From an uncultured Fibrobacteria bacterium (GTDB taxonomy: Bacteria; Fibrobacterota; Fibrobacteria; UBA11236), in assembly GCA_963716395.1 (NCBI GenBank), contig OY970309.1:1632001-1696000 (forward strand): DNA of 64,000 nt, given 5' to 3'. How positions within the stretch are numbered: the first letter of the stretch is position 1; every line of letters begins with the position of its first letter. Under the pieces are notes generated by a model, which had not been told where the DNA came from, made no database searches, and was given only the letters and a program-made list of their open reading frames with translations. The position numbers and the translations under genes are program-made. Positions 38,362 through 46,572 of this stretch are shown here, in pieces.

Positions 38362-41259
38362 ATGGCGCCTTCCAAAGTTACTTCGGACGGAAAACGAAAA
38401 GTTGTCGGCCATGAACCCGGGGTCATCCTGTACCCGGCTTTGGGCAATCCGGAATTGGTTTCGGGTGATGATTCGCTTCATCTCATTCTCTGCCTGGCGG
38501 TCGAGCCCTCCAAGATGAAGGGAGAAGCCGGTCAAAAAATCCTAGCCGCCGGGTTGAAGTTCATGTCGCTGGAGTCCGCTGAAAATTTCAAATTGCAAAG
38601 GCTGGGCGCAAACGACTTCCACGGCGCCTTGAATCCGTCTCTCGTCAAATCAATCGAATCTCTCTCCGCATTTTTTTCCCAGGATCCCCCGGTTGTCGAT
38701 ATCGCGAAGAAAAGATGGCAGGCGATTTTTAAAACCTCCATCGTCCGCTATTTCTCTTCGGGAACCCTGCATGGCTACAGTGACGAGAGGTTGCAGAAGG
38801 CGGGGTTGCAAAACGCCTATCACGTCGAGATGGATGGCCCGGTCCTCCGAAATTGGCTGTCGGAAAACGCCGGGGAAGAGCTGGCACAACATTGTTTCGT
38901 CACCTGGATGAGTAAGCCGCCGGAGGAAGGGTTTCGCGAAATCGAAGAAGAGGCGGTGACCAATGGCCTGCGCGAGGTTCAGCTAGGCGGGAAAAACAAG
39001 TTCATCGGCGCCCGGGTGCGAAGCGCCTGCGATCACTTTGTGTTGGATAACGACGACACCTTGGTGGGGCCCGACGGCCCTCTGCGGGTGTTTGATATCT
39101 TCCAGTGGCAATTCAGCCTTTATCATCCTCTGGCCACCTTACACCCGGTCTTTTTTTATGATGACGACGTTTGCCTGAACGTGGGCTATATCAGCGATCT
39201 CCACGTCGTATCCCGTCTGGAAATTCTGCGACGTTCGGATTTTCAAATGGTGCCGGGCGTGCATCCCGACTATTCGCCGAAAGTATCCGACCTGATTTCC
39301 ACCACCGGCCGGGCCGTCAAAGAGCTTTTGGACAAGGCCGGAACGGCCGGCACAGCGGGCGATACGCAAGACGGTGAAGTGGACGTGCTCGTGGTGGGCG
39401 GTGACCTCATTGATTTTGCGCAAAGCAGCTTCCCCGGTGCGGATTCGCTGGCCGAGGTATTGCCCGCGCAAAAAGTCAGGGATTTGGTGAACGCCGACGA
39501 GAATTCCTTGGATCGGTTATACGACTACGGCGTTGATCTCATGGCCATTTACGAATTGATCGTCGATTTTTATCGCACCTACCAAAAGCCGGTGGTGATT
39601 CTATCCGGCAACCACGATGCCTACGATGCGCCTTTCGGTGTTTCGCCGCGGATTGTTTTAAAAAGTAAGATGGGGAATCCGGGAATTCCCGCCGATGCGA
39701 ATTTGACCGTGGCCGAAGCCTGTCTGCTCTACGGTGATAATTACGACAAGCATTTTTTCAGCATCGGGGATTTTAATGCGGATGTGATGGACTGCTTTTA
39801 CCTCGTTTTCACCCCGGTGCTTTCCTTCACGGCGAAGATGGGGAAAATGCAATGGATATCGCTGGGATGGGGCGACGATGAGAATATGTTCACCGAGGGT
39901 CCGTCCATCGGACATTTGCCCAACGCCAACGATTCGGTGTCGGCCAGCGAAAGCACCTTGATCGATCAGGCGGTGAAATATGCGCAGGACCATGGGGTGA
40001 CAGGTCTCATGGTTTCCCACTTTACCTGGGCCAGTTTCGACGATGCGTTGCGGCAAGACCCGAAGCGGGTCGGCTATTTCCCCTGGGGCAATCCTGCGGA
40101 TTTGCTGACACCCAACGACGTCACCAAATACAATCTCGGCACGTGCGAATTGAACCGGAAAAAGGTGTACGAGCATTTGTACAACGGTCGGATTCACGCT
40201 GCGATATCCGGCCATTCCCACCGCGCCGGCCTGTACCAGATCGACAGCTTGCATTACGTCGGCGACCGGGTTTCGGTGACGTCGCGCGGGATGGACGATT
40301 TTCAAGCAAAAAAAGATTCGGTCGACGCGCCTTACATCATTGTTTCCGACTCCTCCGGCCCCTTGCCGCGGGAAAACGTCGAACCCGTCGCGGTGCAGGA
40401 CGAAGACGGTTTTGCGGCCGGGGCCTTCAACGGATGGGGAAGCCATGCGCCGTCATTTACCAAACTCACCTTCGATTCCATGGGCGAACTGACCGATCTC
40501 CGCCGCGTGTGGACCACGCAGCCGAGAACCAAGCCGCGCCTGGCCGTGGCCATGGATTATTACGAGCTGGAAAATCAGCCTACGCTTGGAAACGACTTCT
40601 GGCTGAAAGACATCACCACGCTCAAACCCATCACCATGGACGGCGTCGATCAAATGAAACGGGATGCGAACGGCAAAATCCCTTTGCATCTCCATTGGTT
40701 CAAAGATCACATTCCCGCGTGGATCGGCGTGGCCTCGGCCACCTTGCATTTCCGGACCCATCCTCCCCGGGCGCCGGGTTTTTACACCTTCCGGATTTTC
40801 TATGCCGGCAATTCGTGGATTCTCGACGACCCGGACTTTACACTGCTGGATCTGCAAGATGATTTTTCCGTCACTGGATTTCTATCCATCATCTTGGGGA
40901 CCTACCATGACAAAACCGCCGGAAGTTCGGTGGACCGGTATAACATCTCCAGCCCATGGGTGGTGGCCGTAAACATCAAGGTTACGGCGGCGGCTCCCGG
41001 GTTTCTGGGTCTGACTACCAACGATTTCAAATTGAAAATTTCCCGAGTGTGGGATTTTGTCAAATACCCCGCGCAATCTGCTTATGTGAAACTCCTGCCG
41101 TCATCTGGCGGCGAGCCGGTTTCGACGCCGGAAGGGGGCGCCGATTCGCCCGGGCGAGGAGCAGGTGCGACACCTTCCAACGGGTCGCAGGGGGTCGGTG
41201 ACGACAGCGGTTCCCGCCCGGATCCCGGCTTCCAGATCAAAATTCCATTGCCGTTTTGA
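38362..41259 (+). CDS. Large calcineurin-like metallophosphoesterase domain protein
   Basis: ISDLHV, GGDLID, SGNHDAY, SH, SGHSH metal-binding motifs. Confidence 0.8.
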   Translation: MAPSKVTSDGKRKVVGHEPGVILYPALGNPELVSGDDSLHLILCLAVEPSKMKGEAGQKILAAGLKFMSLESAENFKLQRLGANDFHGALNPSLVKSIESLSAFFSQDPPVVDIAKKRWQAIFKTSIVRYFSSGTLHGYSDERLQKAGLQNAYHVEMDGPVLRNWLSENAGEELAQHCFVTWMSKPPEEGFREIEEEAVTNGLREVQLGGKNKFIGARVRSACDHFVLDNDDTLVGPDGPLRVFDIFQWQFSLYHPLATLHPVFFYDDDVCLNVGYISDLHVVSRLEILRRSDFQMVPGVHPDYSPKVSDLISTTGRAVKELLDKAGTAGTAGDTQDGEVDVLVVGGDLIDFAQSSFPGADSLAEVLPAQKVRDLVNADENSLDRLYDYGVDLMAIYELIVDFYRTYQKPVVILSGNHDAYDAPFGVSPRIVLKSKMGNPGIPADANLTVAEACLLYGDNYDKHFFSIGDFNADVMDCFYLVFTPVLSFTAKMGKMQWISLGWGDDENMFTEGPSIGHLPNANDSVSASESTLIDQAVKYAQDHGVTGLMVSHFTWASFDDALRQDPKRVGYFPWGNPADLLTPNDVTKYNLGTCELNRKKVYEHLYNGRIHAAISGHSHRAGLYQIDSLHYVGDRVSVTSRGMDDFQAKKDSVDAPYIIVSDSSGPLPRENVEPVAVQDEDGFAAGAFNGWGSHAPSFTKLTFDSMGELTDLRRVWTTQPRTKPRLAVAMDYYELENQPTLGNDFWLKDITTLKPITMDGVDQMKRDANGKIPLHLHWFKDHIPAWIGVASATLHFRTHPPRAPGFYTFRIFYAGNSWILDDPDFTLLDLQDDFSVTGFLSIILGTYHDKTAGSSVDRYNISSPWVVAVNIKVTAAAPGFLGLTTNDFKLKISRVWDFVKYPAQSAYVKLLPSSGGEPVSTPEGGADSPGRGAGATPSNGSQGVGDDSGSRPDPGFQIKIPLPF

Positions 41260-41269
41260 ACCCGCGTCC

Positions 41270-42415
41270 ATGTACCGTCGACTTCTGGTTCTTTCTCTGT
41301 TTCCCTTGGGGTTTCACATGCACAATGATCACCACGCTGACCTGGACAGCCTGCTCAAAGACGTGCCCGCATTCAATCGGCGTTTTGCATCGACCGTACT
41401 GGAGGTGGGGGACGACCATTGGCCGGATTACGCCGTGACGGGAATGGAACTCCGTGGGGCGCGTTTCTCGGGGACCGAATTCTCGGGAAGCCGGATTTCC
41501 CAATCGAAATTCTCGGATTGCCGGTTCCAAGACGTGGCGTTTACTGCCGCCGAACTGCAAGACGTCGAATTCGACCGCTGCCGATTCGAGCACTGCGTTT
41601 TCACGGCTGCGAAGGTGTCGAATTGTCGGTTTCGGGGCGGGGATTTCAGCGAAACGGTTTTGCAATTCGAAAAAGACAGCCCCCATTGGACCATCGTGGA
41701 AAATTCGAAATTCGACAGCGTGCGCTTTGCCGGATTGCATCTGAACAAAGCGAATTTTAGCAACTCCTTTTTTCAAAAGGACACGTTCGAAGACATCGAC
41801 TACGAAGACGCGCTGTTTTCCAAATGTTCGTTCCAAGCGCCGCGCTTTGCCGGAAAAGATTTCTCCAATGTCCAGTTCACCGAATGCCTTTTGGAACATC
41901 CCGTTTACCAAGGCCCGAAACTGCAAAAGGCGGCGTATGCAAAAACGGTGATTATTGGAGTCCAATTGGCGCCGGAGTCGAACTGGAGCGAACGGAATTT
42001 CGGAGTGCTGGGTGTCGTGTTCAAAAATTCGACGTTTGATTTATCCAAGTTGCGCGGAAACTTCGGATTGAACGGCGGCGAAGATTGCACGATCGAGAAT
42101 TTCGATTCCGAAGGTTCGTTCGGGTTGAGCGGGGTTTACACCCGTGTTATGATCAAAAACATTCGTGCCAGGCGGCTTGATCTGGATCACGGCACGGTGT
42201 GCAAGCAGGTCCGCTTTGAAGAGGTCGAAGCCCGCGACGTGTACTTGGATAAGTCGCAATTCACGGATTGCATGTTCCGAAATTTTACGGCCGGGAAATT
42301 CATGCGCGCCGACAGCGCCACGTTTGAAAACGTGCGCTGGGAAAACGCCAAGTTGGGCGCGGGTGCGGTCTTTTCCGCCAAAGGCACCATTTACGAACAG
42401 CACCCTCCGTTTTAA
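41270..42415 (+). CDS. Pentapeptide-repeat protein with signal-peptide-like N-terminus
   Basis: ARFSG-TEFSG-SRISQ-SKFSD-CRFQD repeats; ATG 11 bp after upstream stop. Confidence 0.85.
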   Translation: MYRRLLVLSLFPLGFHMHNDHHADLDSLLKDVPAFNRRFASTVLEVGDDHWPDYAVTGMELRGARFSGTEFSGSRISQSKFSDCRFQDVAFTAAELQDVEFDRCRFEHCVFTAAKVSNCRFRGGDFSETVLQFEKDSPHWTIVENSKFDSVRFAGLHLNKANFSNSFFQKDTFEDIDYEDALFSKCSFQAPRFAGKDFSNVQFTECLLEHPVYQGPKLQKAAYAKTVIIGVQLAPESNWSERNFGVLGVVFKNSTFDLSKLRGNFGLNGGEDCTIENFDSEGSFGLSGVYTRVMIKNIRARRLDLDHGTVCKQVRFEEVEARDVYLDKSQFTDCMFRNFTAGKFMRADSATFENVRWENAKLGAGAVFSAKGTIYEQHPPF

Positions 42416-42442
42416 GTCGGTGGCCGCTCCCGGCGGGTTGCC

Positions 42443-43339
42443 TCAACGAAGCAAATCGGCAATCGCGCTTTCGTCAACGTGGTACATGCCCGGCTTGGTT
42501 TTCGGCACTTCGATTTGCCCGTCGGCGGGGATGACGTATTCTTTTTTTTCGCCGTCGGGCGCGGTGACCGAAATTTTCTTGCCCGCGAATTTTCCCGCTG
42601 TTCCCGGAGAAAATTCATAGATGAGCAGCATTGCCTGCACGGCGGGTACTGCATTTGACTTCGCCGTCACGCCCCAAAGCTCCAAGGTGAACACGAATGC
42701 GGGGTGGTAGTACTTCCCGCCGTGTTTATCCAAATCGCTTTGGGTCAGGATTTCTTTCACGTCTTTGGGAAAGGGTTTGTTCCAGGTGAATTGAATTTTG
42801 CCTTTTTGCACTTCGGCCCGGGTGGAAAGCACGCGCAAGACGTTGTGTTCATCAGCTTGGAAAAGCACGAGAGCGCTCACCGTGGCGCCCGCAGGCGCGC
42901 CCTCGACCGAGGCTTGGCATAATACCGCTTCGCCGTCCTGTACTTCTTTCAATTCGGATTGTCCTTTTTCGTCCAGCCATTTCAAATTCTTGAATTGCAC
43001 CCCCGGCCCCACCTTGACCTTGGGCCCCACGGCTTTGACCGCATGCGCCTTGAGTTCGGCTTCGAAATACATGCCACCGGTTTTGTTGGGCTTGGTCACG
43101 GGATAAAGCGCGCGGAACAAATCGGAAACCACGTGCCCCTTCAGAGTTTCTACGACCTGGCCCTCGAGATCTTTGATGGTAACGTCGATTTCGGAGCCGT
43201 CGGCCACCCAATGCGTCCACACTTCCAACGGGATTTTCCCGCCTTGGGCCACGGCGTCGCGGCCCCAGCCCGTGCGCACAATCGAAGACGGCAGCTTGAG
43301 CTTCAAAACCTGATCGGTTTGGCCTTGGGATTTGGGCAT
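42443..43339 (-). CDS. MPKxQGQTDQ-domain protein copy 2 (no fused toxin)
   Basis: Shared N-domain then divergent half ending APDGEKKEYVIPADGQIEVPKTKPG. Confidence 0.85.
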   Translation of the reverse strand: MPKSQGQTDQVLKLKLPSSIVRTGWGRDAVAQGGKIPLEVWTHWVADGSEIDVTIKDLEGQVVETLKGHVVSDLFRALYPVTKPNKTGGMYFEAELKAHAVKAVGPKVKVGPGVQFKNLKWLDEKGQSELKEVQDGEAVLCQASVEGAPAGATVSALVLFQADEHNVLRVLSTRAEVQKGKIQFTWNKPFPKDVKEILTQSDLDKHGGKYYHPAFVFTLELWGVTAKSNAVPAVQAMLLIYEFSPGTAGKFAGKKISVTAPDGEKKEYVIPADGQIEVPKTKPGMYHVDESAIADLLR

Positions 43340-43345
43340 GGTTGA

Positions 43346-43387
43346 AAGTTATAAACGACTGGGAATCGAGTTGTGATCTTGAACACC
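43346..43387 (-). promoter_or_regulatory. Leaderless promoter with CRP-like box (copy 2)
   Basis: TAACTT at -12..-7; TGTGA-tcttga-ACACC at 43372-43387 centred at -40.5. Confidence 0.6.
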
Positions 43388-43419
43388 AAGGCTTCATGAC
43401 CGGGGCTTGCAGGCTTGGG

Positions 43420-43593
43420 GGTACCTCTACTAATCGCATTCCGGCTGCGGCTCCGCCTGCGGCGGACGAAGGCCTCCGGCTTCGTTGTCCGCCGCAGGCG
43501 GAGCGATATTCAAGCCATATCGCCTTTCTCACGCGCCTTGCCGGCGGCCTTCTCGCTAGGCCTCGCTTACGAAAGCCGATTATTAGAGGTCCC
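43420..43593. mobile_element. MITE-like element, 174 bp, with terminal inverted repeats and internal hairpin
   Basis: GGTACCTCTACTAATCG / CGATTATTAGAGGTCCC (15/17 match); stem GCTCCGCCTGCGGCGGAC...GTCCGCCGCAGGCGGAGC. Confidence 0.75.
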
Positions 43594-43712
43594 TTGGACA
43601 AGCCAAAAGAAAAACTCACAGAGAGGGGGACCGATTCAAGCTGCAAGGTTTAATCCGATGGTTACCTGTCGTCATCAAGGAAAAGTTTGGAGATCGGAAA
43701 TTGCCGGGAGTA

Positions 43713-44939
43713 TCATTCCGTCGGCCAAGCGGGAGGTTCATCCAAATCATTGCGAGCGGGGAGAGGATCTGTTTGAGCTTCTACTTCCAAATCCGCAGGC
43801 ACCACATCCGCGCTGACCTGACTCCCTTCGGGCGAATGCAACAATGCGGTTGCATATTGAACGGCCTGTGGCCCGCTGCCGTTGTAATTTTGCCAAGCGG
43901 GGCGCGCCCAGTCTTTCCAGGTAATTCCAGCGGCGAAGTTATGCCTGAGCAGTCCTAAGAAAAGATTCATGCCCAGGTCGACATTCGCCGTCCAATCCCA
44001 AGCTATGGCCCCGGGGATCGTGCGCGCGCCGACTTTTGTGTATTGCGAAATACCCACGCCGAAATCGAAAGTCGCCAAGGGGAAATGCGGCGGATCATCC
44101 GGCCAATCGAAGACCACATGACAATCCGGTTGCGTCGGGTCGTTTTGATGATGGCGTTGGGTGAAATTCATGGCGGCACGTGTCTGCGCGTCGTTTTTGA
44201 ATTGAGTAAAAGCGGATTCGTGGGCGAAAACGGCGCGTACCATATGGCGGATATTTTCATTCCGATCGGACAGGGCGTCATCGACATGCCGGAGCACGGC
44301 GGCTGAACCGGGGTTCGCGCCTCCGATGCGCATGTGTACGAAATCAAGCAGCGGCGGGCTCACGCGCCCGGGGTTCGCGGACAGGGAGAGAATGGCGTGC
44401 CCCCCCAAAACCGGCGACCCGGGATCCATTGAGTTATAAGTGCATTGCAAATCTTCATTGGACACGTCATCGAATAGAACGAAGTCATTTTTGCCGCTCC
44501 AACCCTACCACTCCAAATTAAAGATTTCGCAGGCCCCGCCGTACCGATAATGCCCGTGGTTTGTGTGGCGGCACAGCACATGACGGCATTGCAATCGCCA
44601 TTGGATGGGAAACTCCGTGGGATCGAATCCCGACACTTCGCATTCCACATGCAACTTTGGCATGCGCGGGTCTTCGGTAAGGCTGAACACGTTCCGATTG
44701 AATGTGGAACGCCGTGGAACGTCATTTTCATGATAGCCCGGCGGGTCGGCGGCGTCCAAATTCGTGATGCGAAGCCCGAACACCCCATCGGCGGCAATTT
44801 GATGCGTCGCGCCCGTTGCGAATCGGGTGTTTCGGGCGGCCGGCGAAAGGCTTCCCTGGTTTCTAAACGGCAACGCCAAACCGTCATTGCTGCCGCTGAA
44901 ATTGTTATCGAGAAGATGCCAATCCGGAGTGTGCGCCAT
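43713..44939 (-). pseudogene. Lysozyme/SLT-like protein interrupted by one in-frame TAG (44505-44507)
   Basis: ORFs 44505-44939 and 43713-44465 share a frame (NLEW*GWSGKNDF); C-terminal AVFAHES, GVGISQ, NYNGSG motifs. Confidence 0.7.
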
Positions 44940-44940
44940 G

Positions 44941-45492
44941 TCAGTTCCGGGGACAATGGAACGAGTAGGTGGCGTTGCCTTCGCAGGGGTTGGCTTCGGA
45001 ACGGCATTTCCATTCGCAATCGATCTCCAAGGTGTCTACTGCGCCGGAAGCCGTGAAAGCAAGGCCCGTGACCTGGCAGATGGAATTGCCGGGCAGTTCT
45101 TGGGCGGGCTGCCAACCTTCTTTTCCTTTCGTCAAGCCCGCGCGCTTTGCGCCTTGATGCATCCAGTCCGCGGATGGATCTCCGGAGCATTTCAACGAGT
45201 CGAGTTGCCAATCAATGCTTGGGAATTTTTTACCGGAAGGCGGCGTTTGCCGGATTCGGGCGCGGCCACGGCATTGATAAGACGCGTCGTCGAGGAAAGC
45301 CTTTACCGAATAAATGCAAAGCCGCGAAATCGAGTCCGCCGGCGGCGCCGCTTCTTTGGCGGTGGATGAATGGATGGAGTCGGCAGCGCCATTTTTTATG
45401 GGCCATGGTTTTTCCGCGGACGAGATGCCCAGGCAGGCGATATACGCCAAAATGAGCGCACGGCAAATCCGTGAAAAAAGGATGGATGCCAT
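44941..45492 (-). CDS. Secreted Cys-rich hypothetical protein (candidate immunity)
   Basis: Signal peptide; lies between copy 3 and the lysozyme-like gene with 13- and 1-bp gaps. Confidence 0.6.
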   Translation of the reverse strand: MASILFSRICRALILAYIACLGISSAEKPWPIKNGAADSIHSSTAKEAAPPADSISRLCIYSVKAFLDDASYQCRGRARIRQTPPSGKKFPSIDWQLDSLKCSGDPSADWMHQGAKRAGLTKGKEGWQPAQELPGNSICQVTGLAFTASGAVDTLEIDCEWKCRSEANPCEGNATYSFHCPRN

Positions 45493-45505
45493 ATCACGAA
45501 AGATA

Positions 45506-46378
45506 TCAGTTATCGGAAAAACCTTTAAATAGAACGGGTCCCGGAACGGCAGTCTTCACATTGAGGTACCCGTCTTCCGGAACGGAAATTTCTTTTTTGG
45601 TTCCGTCGGGGAATTCAAATATTGCTTTGCGCGCCATTTTACGCTTTTGCGCCGGACCAAAATTAAAAGCAATCCAGGAATTCAACTTCAACTCCTGAGA
45701 CATTTTCTTGACGCCCAAGTGAAAGGCTTCGAACGAATAAACCGGTTGAAAATAATCCAGCCCGTATTTTGAGACATCATGGTCCGTGGGGATATCCTCG
45801 AATTTACCTGGGAAAGAAACCTTCCAATCCACGCGGACCTGCCCCGATTCGATCTCGACAGAAAAGGATTTGAATGAAGCCGGGCGGTGTTCTTGCGTGC
45901 GGCAAAAAAGTGAAAGGGCGGCGCGATCGCCTTCCTGAGCGCCTTTGATTTGGGCCGTTAATTCAACCTTGGCCCCTGCGGCAATTTCGGAAACCTCTTT
46001 CCCCTTCTCGTCGACCCATTTCAAATCGCTCCATTGCACCGCCGGCCATACCTTGACCTTGGGTCCCACGGCCTTGATCGAATGCTCATGGAGTTCGGCT
46101 TCGAAATACATGCCGCCGGTTTTGTTGGGCTTGGTCACCGGATACAACACGCGGAACAAATCGGAAACCATGTGCCCCTTCACGGTTTCCACGATCTGGC
46201 CTTCGAGATCTTTAATGGCGATGTCAATCTCAGATCTATCGGCCACCCAATGCGTCCACACTTCCAACGGGATTTTCCCGCCTTGGGCCACGGCGTCGCG
46301 GCCCCAGCCCGTGCGCACAATCGAAGACGGCAGCTTGAGCTTCAAAACCTGATCGGTTTGGCCTTGGGTTTTGGGCAT
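45506..46378 (-). CDS. MPKxQGQTDQ-domain protein copy 3 (no fused toxin)
   Basis: Shared N-domain then divergent half ending FPDGTKKEISVPEDGYLNVKTAVPG. Confidence 0.85.
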   Translation of the reverse strand: MPKTQGQTDQVLKLKLPSSIVRTGWGRDAVAQGGKIPLEVWTHWVADRSEIDIAIKDLEGQIVETVKGHMVSDLFRVLYPVTKPNKTGGMYFEAELHEHSIKAVGPKVKVWPAVQWSDLKWVDEKGKEVSEIAAGAKVELTAQIKGAQEGDRAALSLFCRTQEHRPASFKSFSVEIESGQVRVDWKVSFPGKFEDIPTDHDVSKYGLDYFQPVYSFEAFHLGVKKMSQELKLNSWIAFNFGPAQKRKMARKAIFEFPDGTKKEISVPEDGYLNVKTAVPGPVLFKGFSDN

Positions 46379-46384
46379 GGGCTA

Positions 46385-46427
46385 AAGTTATAAACCGGGC
46401 TCGGACCGGGTTGTGATCGCCGACACC
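46385..46427 (-). promoter_or_regulatory. Leaderless promoter with CRP-like box (copy 3)
   Basis: TAACTT at -12..-7; TGTGA-tcgccg-ACACC at 46412-46427 centred at -41.5. Confidence 0.6.
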
Positions 46428-46572
46428 AGTCCCCTGGCCCGTGGGCTTAATGCATCGTAGGAACCATCCCATTTTCAAATCTGCGAATGGAACAATACGG
46501 GCTGAAAAAATGCGAACGAAGAGGTTACCTCGGATGGCACGCCGCTGAGAGCGGAAGCCTCCGAGGCGGACT

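Noticed and set aside
44505-44507. Amber recoding (pyrrolysine or alternative genetic code)
   Set aside because: TAG is a normal stop for other genes here (for example both immunity genes); a nonsense mutation or sequencing error is simpler.
37888-46378. Shufflon or invertible cassette system
   Set aside because: The three modules are direct repeats, no inverted sites flank the plus-strand pair, and no recombinase is in the window.
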